The notes: generated from the sequence alone by a model not told the origin. 63,670 nucleotides of DNA, filler included, from Catajapyx aquilonaris (GCA_000934665.2; 4 parts of 4 records of this genome joined end to end with filler, not necessarily neighbours in it); one strand, 5' to 3'; counted from the first letter of the whole stretch, positions 15,001 to 27,130 are shown. A program made the numbers and translations.

Positions 15001-15843
15001 TTTTGGGGGGGGACGCGGTTTTGTGAGTGAGTCAGAATGACGCAGGAGAAAATAATGCGTCCTCCCCCAACAGGGACAAAAGTTGCTTTCTTTGTGCTTT
15101 TCAAAATTTAAACTCAGGTTTGGAGAAGGGGAAGTAACCAGCCATGTGGGACCAAACGTGTTCAAATAATGTGGAGTGTGTCATATTTTGTCGGGTTGCT
15201 GTCTTTACCTGCTGTTACGTGGTACTCATTAATTGATGTTAATTTCAAAGAGCGTATTTCAAGCATGGGCTCATTAGCATCTCTGACACCTTTTGGGGTC
15301 GTTCTTATATATAGAAAGTGGATGAAATATTTTCAATTGAAGCTGACGCAGAGAACATTAGGCTTGATTTTTTAATATTTTTATTGTTAGGGTATTATTA
15401 TTACTTTAATATTATTTTTGTTTAATTTGTACTTGATATTTGTTATTATGTTTAATTTTTGTTACATATTTTAAAATTATTTTATTTTTTCATGTAGATG
15501 GGATAATTATGTAAATGTCAGAGTGAATACGTGCTGGAAGGATTTCTGAGCCACTTACAATAGAAATGTGTATGTAATTTTTTTGCGGAAATAACGCAAC
15601 AGGTGGAAGTATTTTTCACTTAGGCTGCGTGATCAATGGTTAACCTCCATGATGTTAATTGTCTGGAATATCGCTATCGACAATGATCACTTCCTCTGCA
15701 TTTACTAACGACTAATTACCCCAGCATTATTTGGAATAATGCAATTATTTCAGGTCATTTTCATTAAAGTGGAAGATAAATTGAAGAAAGTTTCACTTCT
15801 TGCTTTGGACTTAAATTCTCAAATTTCTTAAACTATGTTCCAG

Positions 15844-15943
15844 NNNNNNNNNNNNNNNNNNNNNNNNNNNNNNNNNNNNNNNNNNNNTTAATTAATTAAN
15901 NNNNNNNNNNNNNNNNNNNNNNNNNNNNNNNNNNNNNNNNNNN
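15844..15943. other. Artificial linker (N44-TTAATTAATTAA-N44)
   Basis: 100-nt spacer with a central six-frame stop sequence, identical to the other two. Confidence 0.97.
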
Positions 15944-16372
15944 ATGGTATTTTTGAAAGACGTAATTAAAGCGATTCGCCGATTTTCGTCAAAATCTGAC
16001 AACCCAAGGGTCAATTTTCCTTAAAAGCTCGGTGAATTGGCATGGAATGACCGAAGCAGTAGTGGTGTAGTGGTATGGTGTCCGACTGCTAATCGGGAGG
16101 TCCTGGGTTCGAATCCCGGAGGCCGGCGACCCTGACCATGGTTTTCTGTGGTTTCCCATGGTCCTTGCAGGATAATTCCGGGGTCGTTACCGTAATATAG
16201 GCCACAGCCGCCTCCTACCTTCCCTTTCCCTGCTTCATTCCGGTGATGAGAAAAACAGTAAAAATGGAAGAGTTCCAGACAAAAAATTGGGAGAAATCCC
16301 CCCCTAGAAAAGCCCGTAGGCTGATAATGGGGTATCAAATTATTATTATTATTAATTGACATGGAATGACCC
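15944..16372 (-). mobile_element. End of a DNA transposon (terminus GGGTCATTCCATGTCAA, possibly Sola2-like), interrupted by a SINE
   Basis: 15944-16052 is a near-identical reverse complement of 47292-47401; the terminal ~19 nt are repeated after the SINE at 16354-16372. Superfamily is only a guess from the GGG terminus. Confidence 0.75.
16051..16353 (+). mobile_element. tRNA-derived SINE, family A
   Basis: A-box-like agtggtgtagtgg, tRNA-Ser(GCT)-like cgactgctaatcg, B-box ggttcgaatccc, (TTA)n tail, TSD aattg(g/a)catggaatgacc at 16035-16052 and 16354-16371. Related copies at 41744 and 62592. Confidence 0.85.
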
Positions 16373-16385
16373 ATCTGCATGTTAA

Positions 16386-16975
16386 AGGGACACTCCACTC
16401 AATAATAACAACAACAACAACAACAACAATAATTTATAATAATAATAATAGTTATTATAATAATTAATAATAATAACAATAGTTATTATAATAATTAATA
16501 ATAATAATAATTTATAATTCATACCCCGTTATCAGCCAGCGGCTCTTTAGGGGGGATTTTGTTTTTTTTTGATGGGACACTACACTCAAAAAACAAGTTT
16601 GGCTCTAAAAATCGGGCAAAAAATCCTGAATCCGATTCGTTTTTCGATCAGCGAAACGGTAATCCCAGGGCGAGATGTCAAAGTGTGTCGTCTGCTAATG
16701 ATCGGTGCCGCCACGCGGGGAACAGGGGAACTGGAGGGCTGCACCGCTCTGGGATTAGCCTAAGCGCGGGGGCAGGCGGGAGAAGCCCTCCAGTTCCCAA
16801 GGTCCCGAGGGCGTTGCTGGCGGACGGCCAGCTTCTAGCACACTATTTGAATTTCCCCACTTTGACCCCTCGCCCTGGGATTACCATTCCGCATAGCGAG
16901 AAACAGATTGCACCTTCGGATTCAGGATTTTTTTTGCCTGATTTTTAGAGCCAAACTTGTGAGTGGAGTGTCCCT
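16386..16975. mobile_element. Kolobok-type non-autonomous DNA transposon (MITE)
   Basis: TTAA on both flanks, TIR AGGGACACTCCACTC.../...GAGTGGAGTGTCCCT extending imperfectly for about 100 nt; sister copy at 25731-26187. Confidence 0.8.
16403..16573 (-). mobile_element. 5'-truncated SINE (3' end plus long AAT/AAC tail) inserted in the Kolobok TIR
   Basis: Reverse complement matches the 3' end of the SINE at 16290-16353; TSD gggacact(c/a)cactcaa at 16387-16402 and 16574-16589. Confidence 0.8.
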
Positions 16976-16999
16976 TTAAAATAGGTGCTTTTCAAACCC

Positions 17000-17170
17000 T
17001 GCACGGAAAAGTAACTTGGTAACTTTCGTTACAAAGTTACTGTTTAAAGGTAACTAGTTACAAGTACAAGTTACTTGTGCACAAAAGTAACGAAGTTACC
17101 GGGAAAAGTACTCAAAAAGTAACTAGTTACTAGTAACGCGTTATTTCTACTCAGTTACTACCCAACTCTG
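17000..17170. repeat. MITE fragment with GTAAC/GTTAC subterminal repeats (hAT-like)
   Basis: Dense aagtaac/gttac motifs in both orientations, ending in cccaactctg. Confidence 0.5.
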
Positions 17171-17317
17171 GAAACGGGAAACTACCACAAGTTATGGGCG
17201 TCCTCTAAACCAGCCATCCCGACATGAAATTGGCGTCCTGACATTTAAGTTTAGCCAAGGAAAGCGTTCTGGAATTTTTAAAAGACCATTTCAGGGTCTG
17301 GCCATTTCATTAAAACA

Positions 17318-17530
17318 TACATACTGCAGAATGGATGGTTTGAAAAGGAGCATTCTGCAGAATGGACGGCCAGACTGCAGAATGCTCTATGTCAAACCGT
17401 CCATTCTGTAGAATGGATGGTTTGAAAATGATTATTGTGCAGCATGGACAGCTTGACAGGAGCATTCTGCAGAATGCTCCATCCATTCCGCAGAATGGAT
17501 GGTTTGGCATAGAGCATTCTGCAGTATGGA
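17318..17530. repeat. Palindromic MITE interior with repeated (t)gcagaatg/cattctgc motifs
   Basis: catactgcagaatg ... cattctgcagtatg inverted ends with many internal copies of the motif. Confidence 0.55.
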
Positions 17531-17578
17531 CGTTTTTTTTCGCCCAATGGCCGTTTTCAGGGTTTGAGCCTAACATAT

Positions 17579-18027
17579 ATACTGCACCTGGTCTGTGAAA
17601 GAAGAGCCAGATTATGGCAGTGTTACAGACAGTTTCTTTCCAAACTTATAAATAACTTACCAGTAAATCAAACAGTAGTTTATCTGCATTATCAACAAAC
17701 TATTTCGCAATTCAGGGCAGCCCAATTCAGTTCTGTTAAATGGTTGGCGATTCTGACCCCCAACAGACATGTGCTCCACACTAACCTGGGTTTTCAGTTT
17801 GAATGTGGTTCTCCAGCCTCCAGCAACGTCTGGTCCAGCAGGAACTCGAACCACAGGTTGTGGTTAGCTGCCATGGGAACCGTGCCAGGTCCCAGCCGGT
17901 CCCAGCGCACTGACTATCGAGACTGGAACTGAAACCGGCACAAAACGAATGCAACAAAAAGGGTGACACAAAAGCAGCAGACTACACTACATGCCTATAC
18001 CCACGTGCCGGCTGAATCAGACGCCAT
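17579..18027 (-). pseudogene. INTS8: Integrator subunit 8-like 5' gene remnant (frameshifted, truncated)
   Basis: Putative exons 18027-18005 (MASDSAGT), 17928-17786 and a stub from 17592, with GT-AG boundaries. Exon 2 encodes LGPGTVPMAANHNLWFEFLLDQTLLE and then, after a 7-nt duplication (17811-17824), NHIQTENP, matching the INTS8 N-terminal PGTVP...WFEFLL...LLE.H...P motif as I recall it. No continuation found before the linker. Confidence 0.65.
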
Positions 18028-18790
18028 CTTGGATATAAGTAGTTTCTACTTTCTAAACGGGGCCAGTTCTGTTCCTTCTGACAGGATGTGAAAAGATGGC
18101 GACCGAGATCGTTCCTTGTGTATTACAGTGTTTTTTTGAAACAAGGTCGTTTTAAATCATATATATTTATATTGAATAAAAATCTAGGAAATTTCGGTAC
18201 TTTTGAGTCGGGCCTACCTCACTACCTGTGTCATTTGTGGACAGTAGTTTGCAGTTATTAATATTTTTGAAGTAAACTTCCATAGGGGCGGGCGGCCAGA
18301 GGGGAAAATATATTTAAATAGAAAATAGAGTCCTCCATCCGACCCGGCGATCGAACTCGGGACTTTAGAAGTGGAAGGCCGTGACATTAGCCACTATACC
18401 TAGCTACACCATATTTTGCTAATCACTAGATGTAATAATTCAGTTGGAAGGTGTTGGGTTATCCCGGGTTATCATATTCAAATTCCGCGCCACCCATTAC
18501 AAATACCAAGTACCACTTACAAAAATTATGTGATCAACTATTGACTGACAAAAAAAAATCTATAATTATTGTATTTAAAATTTTAATCTTAACGTAAAAC
18601 ACTGCCTTCTTCTCTACGACAGACTCTGAACTGACTCGAGAGTTGTCGGACACTCAAGTTCCGCGGCTTCCGCTTAGCAGTAGATCGTGATATGGCGACC
18701 AGAGCAGTTGTGTGTTAAGGTCCGCTCCGATACTACTGTTCTGTTCGGTGCAAGGATGAGTCCTGCGAGTGACAAGAGCCACTAAAAACC
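18028..18790. promoter_or_regulatory. Probable bidirectional promoter region between the INTS8-like remnant and VPS13
   Basis: Divergent start codons about 760 nt apart, locally retained CpGs and YY1/Pho-like AAGATGGCG motifs (18022-18030 minus, ~18093-18101 plus). Confidence 0.45.
18340..18405 (-). mobile_element. SINE head fragment (family C)
   Basis: Reverse complement gccttccacttctaaagtcccgagttcgatcgccgggtcgg matches the head of the SINE at 29583. Confidence 0.6.
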
Positions 18791-18890
18791 ATGGTTTTTG
18801 AATCCGTTGTGGTTGAGTTACTCAACCGGTTCTTGGGAGACTATGTCCAGAATTTGGACAGATCACAACTTAAACTCAGTATTTGGGGAG
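18791..18890 (+). CDS. VPS13: VPS13A/C-type lipid transfer protein, coding exon 1 (Chorein-N)
   Basis: [33 protein letters not shown], good start context aaccATGg, donor gtgagg, phase 1. Confidence 0.95.
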
Positions 18891-20749
18891 GTGAGGAACG
18901 CCCTGTTTTTTCCTGTCTCGTTTTTTTGGGTGCGTTTTGGTACGTGTATCGCAGGACGTCGAAGAGACAGCGGGTTACGTCATGGTGGAGAGGTGCCAGG
19001 AAGTTGCCTTGTAGTGCATGTCAGAATTCCGGGGTTATGTCATTGGGCGGTGTTTCCTTTGAGTGCACATGGCCACTGTTAAAGTGCAGTAGTTTTGAGG
19101 GATGTAACGAGTACGGATGCTTATAAATATCCCTGGAGTGGTATGCGACCTGGGCTATGCGGTTTGATGCGACGTATTGTATTTTTGCAGCTGCCGGCAT
19201 GGTTACGTAGTTGCATCGGTTTCACCTGCAGATCTGTGTTGTTCCTATTTTGGATTGTCATGCCAGATTGAACATGTGCTGGCATTATGTAGAATGAAAC
19301 TAAACCAACTGTTGATAATCCCAGTTGTGTTGGTGGAAGATACATTTGCATTTTAGCAGGACAGGTTGAGAGAGGTCATACTGTGATTGCTTTTTTAAAT
19401 GGCCCAGTTGCAGTTTTCAAATGCCAATGTGCCACATCACATTTATTGTCGGCAAATGTAACAAATACTATGGCACTGTATATCTGAAGCTATATCCAGA
19501 TGTAATATCGTAAGTGTCAAGCCTTATTGGAATGCTGACATTGTGCCAATACAGTACCGGTATAAGCCATGCTATCCAATAAGTTGTAAACATTTTTCAC
19601 AACAGTGCAGCGAGTAGGGTACCGCGAGTAGACATTTAATGTTGCCATAAAATTATTTGTGACCGCTAAATATTTCTTTTCATATAAAAAGTGTCACTAT
19701 CTTTGAGGTGGACACTAGCTTTGCACTAAAGCATGTGAACATGACAAGGAAGTGATAAGTGCAGATATATAGGATATGGATGCGATAAAATGATCTCGGT
19801 AATGATAAATTGCAGTTTTCCTGGTATGTTGCTGTGTCTCTAGTAGGCGAGGATGCATGCCACATTTGTAAAAAAAACTACGTAACATGATTATTATGCA
19901 AGTTCACATGTGACCACACCTGTTCCAATACTTCAAAATTTTACTGCCAGTGGCCTTGCATCTTGGCCAGCATCACGGTGTTGGCCACAATGCAAGTTTC
20001 TTGCAATAATTCTGGTGATAATGCTCTTTCATAGACCGGAACATTCGGCATTTAGGTGGAACAAGGTTTTTGATGTGACATATGATACATGTTTGTTGAA
20101 TGTCACCCATATAGCCTTTAATAAATTTGTTTTAGAACTTCAAGTGAGTCAAGAGTCATGTTTCATAGTCTTGTTGATTTAATGCGCACACCTTAGTGAT
20201 TATCAGTAGTACAGATCGATATAGTCTGGCGTTCTTGTAAGTTATTGATCCTTAATGACAATAGCATTTTAAAGAAGTACCAGACTGACAGAGACAAGTG
20301 CAGTGAGGTTGGGTTACAAAAAAGGGAGGAGGATAATTTTGCTATCTCAACCTTTGATAAAGATACCATTTACTAATGCTTAGGTTGTCATTCCACTGCA
20401 AAACCACTGACTTTCATTTACTGTAAGGGAAACTTAACCAACCAACCTCCTCCTCGAATGTATCCATTATGGTCACAGGTGAGAGGTTTCCAAGAGAGTC
20501 ATTAAATGTGTAATGATTGCAGCCTAATGAATGGACTGCAAATTTAATTCATTTTGAATACTGTAAGAGCCACGTCTAGTTCATAGTGCTTGCTGAATTG
20601 GCATTATCTCGAGACACTAGTAATGTCCTGATTGAAGGCAAGCCGGATGCACTGCCGGATTAGCAAGCAGATTAGCATGAGAGAAAAGTGCTGATTCATA
20701 TGTATAATCCTAGGGGATTTGCAGTGTTTATATTCACAACCATTTTCAG

Positions 20750-20836
20750 GTGATGTGGTACTGAAGAATTTGATTCTGAAAGAGAGTGCATTGAATGACT
20801 TGGACCTTCCAGTACGAACTGTAGCTGGTCATCTAG
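20750..20836 (+). CDS. VPS13: VPS13 coding exon 2
   Basis: ttttcag|(G)DVVLKNLILKESALNDLDLPVRTVAGHL|gtaag, in frame with exon 1. Confidence 0.93.
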
Positions 20837-21711
20837 GTAAGCCAAATACATTGTGCAATGCTCTTTATTAATATTTTTTTCTTCATACATAGTTATAATT
20901 AGAATTGTGGTATTTTGTCTGTTCCATTTGTTATCCATATAATGATATTAATGGCCTCCCCAGGAGAGTTATAGGCAGCAATTTGGTCATGTTTATTTTT
21001 AGTCATGATGGCAGCATGTGCTTACTGGTGACCAGCATGCAAGAAGTGTGCCTTGATAGGTCTATTCTGGGGCAGGTTGCAAATGATATGTGACTTGTAG
21101 ACACGTATGCAATGACATGTAGCCCAGGATTAATTATGACCTCATGCCAGAAAACCCTGTCTGAAAAAGCTGCAACTTACAGGCCAGCAAAACAAGTGGA
21201 TTTTTTCATTTCCAAGATTCATATAAAAACCATGCTCATGGGATGTGTGGGAGCATTTTGTAATCATAAGGCAATATTTCTGTGCTATTATGACATCATC
21301 CAGTAGTGAAATGGCATATGGTCATCACTGTTGAACATATTTAGATAGGTCTCATTCATATTGCTAATAAATTAATGAAGCATACCTCACAAATGTCTTA
21401 ACACTGCAGAATATTGCATGACTGATTTTTTTTTCCAGAAGTTACTAATATCTCATTGTTCACTGAAAAACAGATGGTTTTTTTTGTAATATCTAATTGG
21501 CAGGACTTCAAGTTGCTATTTGTAGATTGTTTTGTTACTAATTAAGTCTTTTAAAATGTGGCACTGATAAACCATATTTACATGAGAGTGGTAGGCCTAT
21601 TTGTTGTGTTTTTCAATATAGCTAGAAGTGTTATGTACTGTACAATAAGGTTGCTCGGTTATTACTGTTGTTCTTGAGTGAACCCTTACTTAAGATAGAT
21701 TTTTTAATTAG

Positions 21712-21909
21712 GACAACTGGTCTTGAAGATCCCATGGACGAACTTGTACAATGCACCAGTGGTGGCTAACATTGAAGGACTTTTCCTGCTGGTAGTTCCA
21801 AAGCAAAGTGTTAAATATGATGAAGAAAAGGAGAAGAAGATGGAACAAGAAACGAAGCAGCGGGAACTCAGTCGTATTGAAGCAGCCAAAAAGGCAGCTG
21901 CAGAACGAG
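21712..21909 (+). CDS. VPS13: VPS13 coding exon 3
   Basis: (G)QLVLKIPWTNLYNAPVVANIEGLFLLVVP...AAAER|gtaag, phases consistent. Confidence 0.93.
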
Positions 21910-23853
21910 GTAAGCATTAAGGGGTAACATTCACTAACCAGGGTCTCTGTTTACTGCATTCACCTACATATTGGCCGCAATAGATGTTATGGTGGATTTG
22001 GTAGACCTTGGCAACTGGCAGATGTTCTGTCTGTTTTTAGCATTTGCTGCTAAGCAATACGCACTCATTCCAATTGACCTTGTGTGCCTTGCTAAATTTG
22101 GGTGAGCCGTAAGGTAGTTGTAATGGTTAGGATGACAATCATTAAATTGAGAGGACCATGTCATTAGTGGGAGAGGGGAAGTTTGAATAGCTGCCAGTTA
22201 CTCTTATTACCATTACTTATCAATAACCATGACCTGTGATTGTCTAGGGCTTTATACCCATGATAAGCAATGGTTAAAGCAATGATGTAAGATCTGTGTG
22301 CAGCCATAAATAGAAATGAAGTGAACTGCCTTCTCATCTGTTTCCCCTTCCCCCCTACCAATATAGTTCCACCTGTCAGGAAAATATCACAAATACTTCG
22401 TGTGGTTTATTTACTTATAGTGCATGTCCTTCCAACCTTGAGATTCTGCATGCAACAGGTAATCATGGCCTTGCCAAATGTTGTGGCCAGCAGCTGGCAG
22501 CTTGTAATGTCCACATATATTTACTATCACTAATGAACATGCATTATGCATATGGTATGTAAAACAAGTAATTTTGGCTTGGCACCTGTTGCCTGTTTTA
22601 TGAATTATGCAAATATTTGGAACCATCATTCATTGCCAATTTTTATGCATAAATGACTATTATCAAAGAATTTTTTAAATAATTTAAACTCATTTGAATG
22701 GTTATGTGCATATGTCCTCTCCCTTTTCAAGACAGTAGCACTTAGTAATCGAGAAAAAATTACTACCTTAAGGTTTAATGCCCTCATTATATACAATGCT
22801 CCTGCCAGTGGTGTTCGAGAAGCATTGTAATGTACGTAATGAATAACAGTGCGTCTGGCAGATTTTGTAAACTGTACCCGGGCTGTCCAAGTTTTGAGTT
22901 ATGCCTATATGGACTTGAAAATGGGCTTGTTTGTAACTCATTCCATGGTCAAGTGGCTTTTACGATATGATGATCACTGCATATGTAGGCGTACTTTTGT
23001 AAGCAGTAGTTACAGATTTATCCCACCCTTTTTAAAACCTTTTATATAATTTCCCCATTTTGGCTGTTTTTTTTGGATGTTAACATTTGAATTATTTACT
23101 TTACAAAAGATGTAAAACCTTTTCTCATATAGCTAAATGTCAGTCATAGTTCAACCACCAGTAAAAGGCTTGCAATATTATATGTCAACTCTGAATTGGA
23201 GGGAGGGTTTTCTCATGTGGAGAGAGTTTTGAGAATTTTTCTCTGTTTTCATGGGTTTACGAATTCCATCCACTGTCCAAGAACCTCTCTTTCTCTTGTA
23301 ATGTACTGTACTCAGTTTGAGCCCTCTTCCTTCTGGATCACCTGTTGCTTGGTCATGATTACTTTGGTGCAACAGTGAAAAGGCCCCTTTCTGGGTCCAG
23401 AACATCTGTTCCCATTGAGCCAATAGCATGTCAACTCTTGCTGTATCGCCAGGATTTATCATCACTCCAATAAATTGTTTACGTTGGATCTGGACACTTG
23501 GCACAAGCTGCAATGGGCCTGTACTTTTAATTTTGTGGGCTGAACTGGAGCAACATTAATTTTTACTGGAGTATGGCAAAAGTTATAAATGAGCCTATTC
23601 TTGAAGGTCTTATGTACTGTATGTTCCACAGAATTTTGACGACATTTCAAATGCGAATAATCAGTGTTGAAGGGCTGTGCATGCCATGAACTTTGTGGCC
23701 ATTTGCATATTATACTTTCTCAGTTATTTAAGAAACATTGCACAAGCTGGAGTTCTTTAACATTAGTTGGCTATATTTGCAATGTTGGATTTGGAACGAC
23801 AGTTGTCCTTAACACAATGTTACAATCATGCTGATGTATAAATTCATTTTCAG

Positions 23854-24080
23854 ACAATCCACCCAAGGAGAATGACACATTTGTAGAGAAGCTCGCTACC
23901 CAGATCATCAAGAATGTGCAAGTGACAATCAGCAACATTCACATCAGATACGAGGACTTCTACACTTCACCTCAGCGTCCCTTCTCACTTGGTATTTCTC
24001 TTCATCGATTGGCTGTGGAAACTACTGATGAACATTGGAAACCAGGACTCTCCCATGATACTGGAAGGATGATATATAAG
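23854..24080 (+). CDS. VPS13: VPS13 coding exon 4
   Basis: (D)NPPKENDTFVEKLATQIIKNVQVTISNIHIRYED...GRMIYK|gtttgt. Confidence 0.93.
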
Positions 24081-24467
24081 GTTTGTTTATTAGTTAAAAT
24101 CTTATCTGTAAACACCCAAGTGGGCTACATTTGAAGAGGGTGGATTGCAAAAACATTTCTCCCCACTTTTGACACGTTAGAGAAAATCGAGAAAAGCATG
24201 TACCATACCGTAACTTGAGAATGGTAATAGACATTTAAAAATTCAGCTCTTAATGGATATAATACTTTTGGACATTAACTAATATCTGAATGAGGCAAAA
24301 TCCGTTGTACAGTCATTTAGATAATGTACTCGTAGTAACGAATCCTATGTTGCAACACACTTTTATAATAGGGGTGAACTTTGTTTACATTCAGATGTTG
24401 CCACAGGGATGTCACTGTCGTTCTTCTCATCTTAAGTATGACTTACCTTTCCCACAGCATCAGGGTA

Positions 24468-24749
24468 CAGTGCTAGACATTAATGGTAGAGTACTGAACA
24501 CACATTTTCCGAGGTGGGAGAAGAACACATCGAGGTGATGAAGTATATGAGCCGTGTGAGTAAGAAATGATAGGCCGTGGGTGACGTCACCAGCTGGGCA
24601 CAATAGTGTTGAACAATTGAGCCCACTGGTGACATCACCCAGGGCCTATCATTTCTTACTCGCGCAGCTTGTACTTCATCGCTTCGATGTGCTTTTCTCC
24701 CGCTTGGAAAATGCCACTGTCAGTACTCGACCATTAATGTCCAGCATTG
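24468..24749. mobile_element. Fold-back MITE (Tc1/mariner type, TA TSD)
   Basis: TA-CAGTGCTAGACATTAAT ... ATTAATGTCCAGCATTG-TA; the element is self-complementary over almost its whole length. Related termini at 42840-43001. Confidence 0.8.
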
Positions 24750-25022
24750 TACTCTTCTACAACTGGGTACCATATTGGTGCACAGTATGCAGGGACAGTT
24801 GCAGGAGGCAACATTTTGTCCGATACTGCATGCCATGCTTGTTGATATTCACAACACAGGTGTTTGGATTATGAAAGTGTATTTGAATTTGGGGTGCACT
24901 AGGCCAGGCACACACAGGCGACTGGGAGGGAGGCAACTTGGAACTGAAATCCAAGAATCATGTGGAGACGATTTTAACTTCATTTTCAATTTAGCCGGAT
25001 TAAAAATATTATTTGGAGCTTG

Positions 25023-25319
25023 GGAAGTGCGGTGGCCAAGATGATAACGTCTCGGCTTGCTGAGTGAAAGGTCCCAGGTTCGATCCCAGCCTGGGAGCTC
25101 CCTTTCACCTGCATCAGCAAGGGTCTCTGACCCGCACCTTGAAGGTGTCTGGCAACCTAACCTCCTGGGGGACTGCACATGACCCACACATAATGACAAT
25201 GCACCTGCACCCGTGTTCCCTCCCCAAAAATCCCTATCCTCACCCAATGTCTTTGATTCGAAAATATGGTGGTGTCCCACCCTGCTAAGAGAGCCAATGG
25301 CTCTAGCACAGGGTAGCAA

Positions 25320-25392
<73 letters not shown>
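25023..25392 (+). mobile_element. tRNA-derived SINE, family B, with (AAT)n tail
   Basis: A-box-like ggtggccaagatg, B-box ggttcgatccc, 3' stem-loop gagccaatggctc, (AAT)n at 25320-25392. Confidence 0.75.
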
Positions 25393-25552
25393 GGAGCAAA
25401 TCATTTGCACCAATCTCTGAAGCACAGATACTTTGTAAAAAATGTGAAATGAATTCACTATTTATTATTATTATTATTATTATTTGCAATCCACCTCTTT
25501 AATTATTATTATCAAAATCAATATGCACATATATTTCCATGTCGATTTTTAG

Positions 25553-25691
25553 ATGCTGAGCTTAGACAGCCTGGCTCTGTACTGGAATAGTAAGAGCACA
25601 TTGATGTATAGTTTGGAACCAGAAGCCAGGAGAGAGGCACTGTTTCAGGCCATTGCTCAACAAGGGTTTCAACCATCAGACTTTAAGTATG
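25553..25691 (+). CDS. VPS13: VPS13 coding exon 5
   Basis: ttttag|MLSLDSLALYWNSKSTL...QPSDFKY|gttagt, phase 0 to 1. Confidence 0.9.
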
Positions 25692-25730
25692 GTTAGTACA
25701 GCTATTTTAAGTCTTGCGTGGCTACCTTAA

Positions 25731-26187
25731 AGGGACAGTCCACTCAAAATACAAGTTGGTGTCTAAAAATCAGACAAAAAATCCTGATTCTGAGAATGCA
25801 ATCCGTTTATCTCTGAGGCGAACGGTAATGACAGGGGAAGAGACGAAAGTCGGAAAAATTCGAGGTCTGATCGAGCATGGCGCCACCCTGGCCACCGACC
25901 ACTGGGCGAAGTTGGATACCAGGCCCCCGCAGCGCAGGTTTGAAATGGGGATCTTATGCAGGAGCAACAGATCCCGGGGGCTCAATATCCAACTTCCCCA
26001 GGCAGCCGCCAGGTGGCCGGGGGAGGTGTGTGCTGTACTGGAGGGGCAGGGGGAGAGCAGCCGGCCTACTTTAACCTTTATTTCTCGGATTACCGTTCGC
26101 CGTAGAAAAAAACCCATGGTATCGCCGGAATCAGGATTTTTTGCCTGATTTTTAGAGGCCAACTTGTATTTTGAGTGGACTGTCCCT
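25731..26187. mobile_element. Kolobok-type MITE
   Basis: TTAA TSD (25727-25730, 26188-26191), TIR AGGGACAGTCCACTCAAAATACAAGTTGG. Confidence 0.85.
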
Positions 26188-26889
26188 TTAAGTAAATTGC
26201 ACAATGCATAAAAATTGGAAATAGTTTTTTTGTGAACTAATCTTAGTGAAGAACTTGTTTGATTTTGAGCCAAGAAGGTTAACTGCAGTGCATAAGTGCC
26301 ATGACTGTGCTTGATCTTCAGTTTGACTCATGAGCGTGCTAATATGGATACATTTTAGGGCTTTCTGGTAGAGGGCTGTTGAGTTGAAAGTGGAAAAATG
26401 GCAGAAATTGGAAGTGTACTGCTACCTGCCAGATTTAAAATAAAGTTTTAGTGCAATGGAAAGAAATTAAATTGAACATAATTATTATCATTAAAATTAT
26501 TGAAATTTATGACAGTGCCCTGAATAAGTCTTGAGGATGGTATTTGCATTTGTACTATCATTATGGGAACTAGCACCTGCAGGGTCACTGAGAAAGATGA
26601 ATTGGGAGGGGTAGCAAATAGAGTGAATCTAACAACATGGCTCATGATGATTCACATATTTGGCTTATCTCAAAGGGTCATATTCATGCCACTGCTCCTA
26701 AGCACTTTGAATTTTAGTGATACAATTGCATCTGATTGTAGAAAGGGAGAATGGGTTGATCACACTTGCACATTTTTGAACAGAAATATCCACCACAGCA
26801 TTTTTGATGATGATTAATTGATTGAAAATTATGTCAAAAAAAAATTTGTGGCACATTTTATGATGTAATGCAAATATTATATCCTAGGG

Positions 26890-27130
26890 CAGTGCTTCCC
26901 TATCTTTTTTGTTGGTGACCCCAGAAAATTGTCTCATAAATTTGCGCCCCCGATTTCCTCAGTGGTAGTCAATGACAATAATAACTAAATTAGCACATCT
27001 TCTTGTGTACAGGCATATTTTTCCAGAGAGATAGAATCATTTTGTAAAAATGATTTGTTATCCTTCCTTGCTACCGCAAATATGTTCGCGACCCCATTTG
27101 GGGTCGCTACCCGAAGTTAGGGAAGCACTG
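26890..27130. mobile_element. hAT-type MITE
   Basis: TIR CAGTGCTTCCCT/AGGGAAGCACTG, 8-nt TSD (t/g)cctaggg. Confidence 0.8.

Noticed and set aside
641..15375. Many 60-140 aa ORFs in piece 1
   Set aside because: No domains, no consistent splice pattern, lengths expected by chance.
15888..15899. TTAATTAATTAA as a biological palindrome
   Set aside because: Sits centrally in identical N runs three times; an artificial six-frame stop linker.
16051..16125. tRNA-Ser(GCT) gene
   Set aside because: No acceptor stem or long variable arm; continues into a SINE body with tail and TSD. The same applies to the heads at 25023, 29583, 41744 and 63006.
25157..25489. Poly-Leu and poly-Ile ORFs
   Set aside because: Translations of the (AAT)n SINE tail.
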